Assembly (NCBI GenBank): GCA_937941545.1
Contig: CALDHI010000046.1
Span: 1 to 48,226 of the forward strand
Reading direction: 5' to 3'
Length of the DNA: 48,226 bases
Origin: an uncultured Alphaproteobacteria bacterium
GTDB lineage: Bacteria > Pseudomonadota > Alphaproteobacteria > Micavibrionales > Micavibrionaceae
Within the stretch, counting starts at the first letter, position 1. Each line of letters starts with the position of its first letter. A program made the position numbers and the translations under genes. Below the pieces are notes generated by a model. That model was not told the origin of the DNA. It saw nothing but the letters and a program-made list of their open reading frames with translations, and searched no databases. Below, in pieces: positions 43,094-48,226 of this stretch.

Positions 43094-44389
43094 TCAATCA
43101 AGAATTGCATCTTCTGTGTTGGCGGCGGATAAGTCTGTTTTGTCCAAAATTGCACCCGTTAAATCGGCACGACGAAGGTCACAGCCTTCAAGTTTTGCGC
43201 CCGTTAAGTCACACCCCATCAGGATTGAATCTTTCAAATCACAATTTTGTAAATCGGCATAGCGCATTTTTGAGCCACTTAGGTTGGTACGTTGAACGCG
43301 AACCCCTGCGCCGTTCGGGCTATCAAATCGTAAACCAGATAATTTAGCGCCCTTCAACTCCGCACGGTTGAGAACAGTATTTTGCAAAGATGAGCCACGT
43401 AAATCCGCACCAATCATTTTACAGTCTCTGAATGTTGAGCCATCAAGGGTTGCGCTTTGCATCTGTGCTTTGCTTAAATCTTGCCCCATAAAATTTGTTT
43501 CAAGGGCTTTGAAGGCGGTCATTGGGACACTGCGCAAATTGATAGCGTCGCGCATGTCCAGCCCACTTAAATCCATTTGAGCGCCGTTTTTACCGCCGCT
43601 GGCAACCCACGCACTGTGGTTAGCCATGATCTCTTCTATATCTTGGCCTGATTGTTCCAATGTTTGTTTTGTTAAATCATCACCAATCATGCTATCTAAT
43701 TTTGCGCCTTTCATGTCAACAGCGTTTAAGACTGTCCCGCGCATCACGGTGTCTTGCAGATTGGCATCACTTAAATCTGACCCTGTAAGGTCTGCATCAG
43801 TTAGGTTTGCCCCTTCAAAGTTACCGCCTGTAAAGACCGCTTCGCTCATGGTCACGCCTGTCATATCCGCATCAGAGAAATCAGCTGATATGGCTTTGAC
43901 GCCAGATAAATTTGTTTCGGATAATTTCGCGCCAGTAAAGATAGTATTGAAAGAGGCTTCGCCATCTTGATTGTTACGGGGGCGATTGCTCAATAAGCCA
44001 TCACTTCCCTGGCTCATGATTTTACCTTCGCGTAAATCAGCAGAGGCCAAGTCAGCGCCTGTTAAATTAGCGCCCGCAACATACGCGCCGCGAAAGTCGG
44101 CACGTTTGAAATTAGCATGGCTTAAATTGGCGTTGCTTAAATCACAGGCAAAAAAACAGCAAGAAGTGAAGTCGCCATTGGATAAATCTGCATTGACCAA
44201 GACTGATCCTGTTAAGTCCGCTTGTGATAGATCCGCTTTCTTGAAAGATAGGCCTGTCATATCACAGAATTTCAGCATGGCACGTTGCCCACCCTTTTGA
44301 CTACGCATAAATTTTGCGTGCTTATTTAGGGCTTCGTTTAATTCCCGTTGGGAAAGTTTTTTCAGGCTGGAGTTTTCATCGGTTGTCAT
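43094..44389 (-). CDS. Pentapeptide-repeat protein, 431 aa, two tandem modules
   Basis: Long runs of A(D/N)LxG-type pentapeptides such as ADLSQADLTGSVLVNADLSNGDF. Two similar leader segments occur: NKHAKFMRSQKGGQRAML and ANHSAWVASGGKNGAQMDL. Confidence 0.85.
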   Translation of the reverse strand: MTTDENSSLKKLSQRELNEALNKHAKFMRSQKGGQRAMLKFCDMTGLSFKKADLSQADLTGSVLVNADLSNGDFTSCCFFACDLSNANLSHANFKRADFRGAYVAGANLTGADLASADLREGKIMSQGSDGLLSNRPRNNQDGEASFNTIFTGAKLSETNLSGVKAISADFSDADMTGVTMSEAVFTGGNFEGANLTDADLTGSDLSDANLQDTVMRGTVLNAVDMKGAKLDSMIGDDLTKQTLEQSGQDIEEIMANHSAWVASGGKNGAQMDLSGLDMRDAINLRSVPMTAFKALETNFMGQDLSKAQMQSATLDGSTFRDCKMIGADLRGSSLQNTVLNRAELKGAKLSGLRFDSPNGAGVRVQRTNLSGSKMRYADLQNCDLKDSILMGCDLTGAKLEGCDLRRADLTGAILDKTDLSAANTEDAILD

Positions 44390-44404
44390 GACTGCAAGTG
44401 TACC

Positions 44405-45985
44405 TTATTTCGTGATAATCGCAAATAATCCCTGCGTGGATGAGTCTGCATCGGATAAATCTTTGTTTTCTAGCTTTTGTGACAGCTCTTTCCCTAGCTC
44501 AACACCATATTGGTCAAAGCTATTCACGTGCCACATCACCCCTTGAACAAAGGTTTTATGCTCATATAGCGCGATAAGCTTACCGAGGCTGTGGGCATCC
44601 ATTGTATCCATCAATAATGTTGTGTTGGGACGATTGCCATGGAAATATTGATAAGGCTTATCAGGGTTTTGACGCCCTTGCATCATCGCTTGCCCTTGCG
44701 CCAGCATATGGCTGAGCAATAATTCGTGATGATTGGGTAGGGAGGTGTCAGGGTTCAAAACACCAATAAAGTCGCAAGGGGTGATGTCGCTTCCTTGGTG
44801 GAGAAGCTGATAAAAGCTATGTTGACCGTTCGTACCAACTTCGCCAAACATAACGGGGCCTGTTTTATAATCCGTGATAGGGGTTCCATCATAATCAACA
44901 TCCTTGCCGTTTGATTCCATTTCTAGCTGTTGTAAAAACGCAGGAAAATATAGTAAACTCTGGGCGTAAGGCAGAATGGCCAGCGTGGAAAAATTTAAAA
45001 AATTACGATTCCATACGCCGATGAGCGCCGTTAAAACAGGCAAGTTTTCTTTCAAGTTCGTTGTTAAAAAATGTTGATCCATTTCATATGCGCCATCCAA
45101 AAGAGCGCGGAATTTATCAAATCCATGCTGCAAGCATAAGGATAAACCCACCGCAGACCACAAGCTGAAACGGCCATTCACCCAGTCCCACATAGGGAAG
45201 ATGTTATCGCTGTGAATGCCAAATGCTTCAACGGTGGTTATGTTGGATGATACGGCAACAAAATGTGGCGCAATATCGGCTCCTTCGGGTAAATTATCCT
45301 TCAACCACTGGCGCGCAGTGAGGGCGTTGGTCAATGTTTCCTGTGTCTTGAAGCTTTTTGAAATCACAACAAATAAGGTTTCACTTGCATCACATTGTGC
45401 AAAGGCACTTTCAATATCATCGCCATCAATGTTTGAAACAAAATATGTGTTTAAAATTTTATCTTGCGGCTTGGCGCATTTAATCAGTGCTTCACTGACT
45501 AAGCGCGGGCCAAGGTCTGACCCACCGATACCAATGGACACAATATTCTTAATCACTTTGCCTGTGACACCTTTATGCGATCCATCACGCACGCTATCAG
45601 AAAAGGCCTCCATTTTATTGAGAGCGCCATGAACGGCAGGCATAATATTCTCACCTGCAACTTCGACAACATCATTTGATGGACGACGCAGGGCAGTGTG
45701 CAGCACAGCGCGTTGTTCGGTGTTATTAATAATATCACCTTTAAACATCGCGTCCCGTTTGGTTTCAAAGCCGTGCTCTGTTAAAAGCTGGGATAATTTT
45801 GCCAAAATGTCATTCGTAATGCGTTGTTTTGAATAATCTAAAAAGAACCCTATAGAGCGTAAAGAATGCGTTTCAAATCTTGTGTTATTTGCGTCAAAAA
45901 GGCCTTGGATTGTTTTAGAGTGATAGGTATTGCCAATCGCTTCTAACTCTTTCCAAATAGGGTTTTTTGTTGGGTTATTCGACAT
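44405..45985 (-). CDS. pgi: Glucose-6-phosphate isomerase
   Basis: IGIGGSDLGP, SKSFKTQET, ESNGK and the full-length PGI pattern. Confidence 0.93.
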   Translation of the reverse strand: MSNNPTKNPIWKELEAIGNTYHSKTIQGLFDANNTRFETHSLRSIGFFLDYSKQRITNDILAKLSQLLTEHGFETKRDAMFKGDIINNTEQRAVLHTALRRPSNDVVEVAGENIMPAVHGALNKMEAFSDSVRDGSHKGVTGKVIKNIVSIGIGGSDLGPRLVSEALIKCAKPQDKILNTYFVSNIDGDDIESAFAQCDASETLFVVISKSFKTQETLTNALTARQWLKDNLPEGADIAPHFVAVSSNITTVEAFGIHSDNIFPMWDWVNGRFSLWSAVGLSLCLQHGFDKFRALLDGAYEMDQHFLTTNLKENLPVLTALIGVWNRNFLNFSTLAILPYAQSLLYFPAFLQQLEMESNGKDVDYDGTPITDYKTGPVMFGEVGTNGQHSFYQLLHQGSDITPCDFIGVLNPDTSLPNHHELLLSHMLAQGQAMMQGRQNPDKPYQYFHGNRPNTTLLMDTMDAHSLGKLIALYEHKTFVQGVMWHVNSFDQYGVELGKELSQKLENKDLSDADSSTQGLFAIITK

Positions 45986-47345
45986 TGGGTAGGTCTTTCA
46001 GTTCGTTAAATTTCTCAATATTCTCTGGTTGTCCCACCATAACAGTCAGGAGCTTAGAAGGATCAAGGAGACGATTTGCGGCGCGTTGTACATCTTCGAC
46101 AGTGACGCGATTAATATTTTTTTTGAATTGATCTAGATAATCAGGCTCGCGCTCATCAAGTTGTAAACTCAATAGAGTGCCAGAAATTTTATCCGTAGAA
46201 CTTAAACCCAAGGGCATCGCACCAATCAAATAAGATTTTGCATCGTCCAATTTTGTTTGAGGTAAAGGCGCAGATTTAATATTGTTCATTTCGGCGCGTA
46301 TAATATCCATCATGTCTTTAACAGACGCATTCTTGGTAGAGGTTGAAATGTTAATGCCACTTAAATAATCTTGCATTAATAGTGAGGAGTAAATTCCGTA
46401 GGTCAGTCCCCGTTTTTCTCGCGCTTCTTCCATCAGCATAGAACCAAATCCGCCGCCGCCGTAAATATAATTCATAACGCGTAACGCATCATAATCTGGA
46501 TCATTTCTATCAAAAGCAGGAAGAGCGGAGGTGATAATAGTTTGCGGGATATCTTTGTTATATATAAAGGTCTGCCCTTGGTTTTGAAGAGTGATTTCTT
46601 TTGTATTGTTCGTTGCGCCTGTGGCTGGTAAACCGCCAAAAACATTATCTAAGATAAGGGATAAATCTTCTTCCTTAATATCACCCGCCACGCCAATCAT
46701 GAGACGATCTTTCGTCAACCAATCTTGAGCGCGTGTCTTTAAATCAGACGGTGTTATATTTTGCAAACTAGTTATTGTGCCGCCACTGTTGAGGGCATAA
46801 GGATGTCCTGCAAAGGCAACGTCATTAAACAGCCGCGCATTAATCCAATCAGGATTGCCCTTTGAGGATTGAATACGTGAAATGTTGGCTTGCTTCATCC
46901 GCTCCACCGCATCTGCGCCAAATCGTGCCTGCGTGAGGGACAGTTTCAACAGTTCAAACGCTTTCTTTTGATTGCGTGATAGTGTCTTGAGCGTCCCGCC
47001 AAAATTATCACGGCCTGAGTTGAAATAGAGCGTGATGGAATTATCGCTTAACGCTTTTTGAAATTCTTGGCTGGTTAAATCCCCTGCGCCTTCATCCAGC
47101 GTGTTGGAGAGTAAACGTGCCAGCCCCTGCTTCTCAGTAGAATCTTGAATAGAGCCAGCTTGTTTAAACGCGAAACTGACCGCGATAATCGGCAGACTGT
47201 GGTCTTCGACCAGCCATGCTTTGATACCTGTTGCACTTGTGACTTCTTTGATGTCTAGGACTTTGTCACTCGTTGCTGTGTCGCGTGCTTGTACGTTTGA
47301 AGAAAAGACAACAAGGCTAATTATTAAAAGAGGTAAATATCTCAT
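45975..47345 (-). CDS. M16 (pitrilysin) family peptidase-like protein, no HxxEH motif seen (probably the non-catalytic partner)
   Basis: Signal peptide MRYLPLLIISLVVFSSNVQA and the M16 fold pattern (GLARLLSNTLDEG, REKRGLTYG). Its start overlaps the upstream M16 stop as ATGA. Confidence 0.8.
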   Translation of the reverse strand: MRYLPLLIISLVVFSSNVQARDTATSDKVLDIKEVTSATGIKAWLVEDHSLPIIAVSFAFKQAGSIQDSTEKQGLARLLSNTLDEGAGDLTSQEFQKALSDNSITLYFNSGRDNFGGTLKTLSRNQKKAFELLKLSLTQARFGADAVERMKQANISRIQSSKGNPDWINARLFNDVAFAGHPYALNSGGTITSLQNITPSDLKTRAQDWLTKDRLMIGVAGDIKEEDLSLILDNVFGGLPATGATNNTKEITLQNQGQTFIYNKDIPQTIITSALPAFDRNDPDYDALRVMNYIYGGGGFGSMLMEEAREKRGLTYGIYSSLLMQDYLSGINISTSTKNASVKDMMDIIRAEMNNIKSAPLPQTKLDDAKSYLIGAMPLGLSSTDKISGTLLSLQLDEREPDYLDQFKKNINRVTVEDVQRAANRLLDPSKLLTVMVGQPENIEKFNELKDLPNVE

Positions 47346-48226
47346 TTGGTTGTCTCCTCTATGTCTGCTTTATTTTTTGTTTTTTCAGGATAAAGATATC
47401 CCACCACACCAGGGCGAAGCCAAGGGGCGGCAGGGTCAAGATATGCCTTGGCCACACGTGAAATATCCACCGCCGTAATGGCTTGAATATCTTCAGGCCA
47501 GCTTTCGATGTCATCCAATGTACTACCCGTTGTGATGCTGTACCCAATGGTCATGGCGGGGCCGCTTAAACTGTCACGGGCGAAAACCGCGCTATCCATT
47601 AGGCGCTGTTTAGCGTCTTGAAGCTCTTGTGCAGTGACGCTATTTTCACGTAAGTCAGTGATTTCTGCTTCAATAAGGGGGAGAATATTTTTCGCTGTCA
47701 TATCATTTGCTGGCGTGGCGTAAAGTGATATCGTGCCATAATCTTGCGCGCTTGATGAGTATGATAAGCCCGCCGCAATGGCTTTCTTTTGGTCAACAAC
47801 TAAAGATTTGTAAAGCCTAGTTGTTGGGCCACCGCTCATAATTTGTTCTAAAACTTGCAAAGCAAGCGCATCTTGTTTGTTGTTCTTATAGCTTGGTGCA
47901 ATCAACATCTTTGAGACACTCTCTTGATGGATTGTCGGATGCGTTAACGTCATGACCGTTTCACCAATCGCCTTGGGCACTTCGGGGCGGATACGTTTGG
48001 GTAATGTTTTAAGCTTTAACTCTTTGAAATATTTTTCGACTAACGGGCGCACGCTATCGCTGGTTACATCTCCGCTGATAATGATGATGGCATTATTGGG
48101 GGCATACCATGCGTCATAAAATGTTTTCACATCATCCCATTCATAACCTTTAATCTCATTCATCCAGCCAATGACAGGCGTACCATAAGGGTGATTGACG
48201 AATAACGCGCTACGCATTTGTTCACT
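47342..48226 (-). CDS. M16 family peptidase, C-terminal part (5' end lies outside the window)
   Basis: ALFVNHPYGTPVIGW..., with the frame still open at the right window edge. It is paired with the downstream M16 gene. Confidence 0.8.
   Translation of the reverse strand, partial: SEQMRSALFVNHPYGTPVIGWMNEIKGYEWDDVKTFYDAWYAPNNAIIIISGDVTSDSVRPLVEKYFKELKLKTLPKRIRPEVPKAIGETVMTLTHPTIHQESVSKMLIAPSYKNNKQDALALQVLEQIMSGGPTTRLYKSLVVDQKKAIAAGLSYSSSAQDYGTISLYATPANDMTAKNILPLIEAEITDLRENSVTAQELQDAKQRLMDSAVFARDSLSGPAMTIGYSITTGSTLDDIESWPEDIQAITAVDISRVAKAYLDPAAPWLRPGVVGYLYPEKTKNKADIEETTK

Noticed and set aside
43038-43097. Longer MutL N-terminus starting at the TTG at 43097 or the ATG at 43058
   Set aside because: Conserved MutL proteins begin a few residues before IRxLP...NQIAAGEV, which fits the ATG at 43037. 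The TTGA overlap is noted in the findings, but the extension is not adopted.
1-48226. Search for tRNA, rRNA, tmRNA, SRP RNA, IS elements, integrases and prophage genes
   Set aside because: I saw no T-loop (GGTTCGAATCC-like) or anticodon-arm patterns, no rRNA-like stretches, and no transposase, integrase or phage-like ORFs in any frame. Small structured RNAs in the long spacers (7724-8288, 10128-10405, 14232-14426, 38055-38316) cannot be excluded without covariance searches.

Overview
The window looks like an alphaproteobacterial chromosome segment. All protein family calls come from motif recognition by eye; no search was run. Most of it is housekeeping genes in familiar alphaproteobacterial synteny blocks: dnaX-ybaB, typA, DUF1674/chorismate mutase/rsmB/rpe/heparinase-like, radA-cvpA-purF-SDR, secY-adk, rpsM-rpsK-rpoA-rplQ, panB, a Do-type protease, rarA, lysE-crcB-rluC-ATP12-tag, an ABC exporter, purN, mutL, pgi and an M16 peptidase pair. 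I found no rRNA, tRNA, CRISPR array, transposase, integrase or phage genes. The backbone is interrupted by several visibly AT-richer orphan genes and by two families of short palindromic intergenic repeats. Best candidates for something new: (1) An isolated flagellin-family gene (10406-11944) has its central region replaced by one LamG/concanavalin-A-like domain and is bracketed by direct copies of a hairpin repeat. (2) A 181-aa orphan that loosely resembles a receiver domain is inserted in opposite orientation between adk and rpsM. It is preceded by an octanucleotide microsatellite (ATAAATTA, about 12 copies) lying between an extended -10 element and the ribosome-binding site. (3) A hairpin-repeat copy appears to sit in frame inside xthA, much like a Rickettsia palindromic element. 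(4) A tandemly duplicated pentapeptide-repeat protein abuts mutL. I could not recognise a complete multi-gene system such as a defence, secretion or biosynthetic locus. The accessory-looking minus-strand block GNAT-MFS-SGNH-DUF1223 (3861-7723) is the closest thing to a functional cluster.
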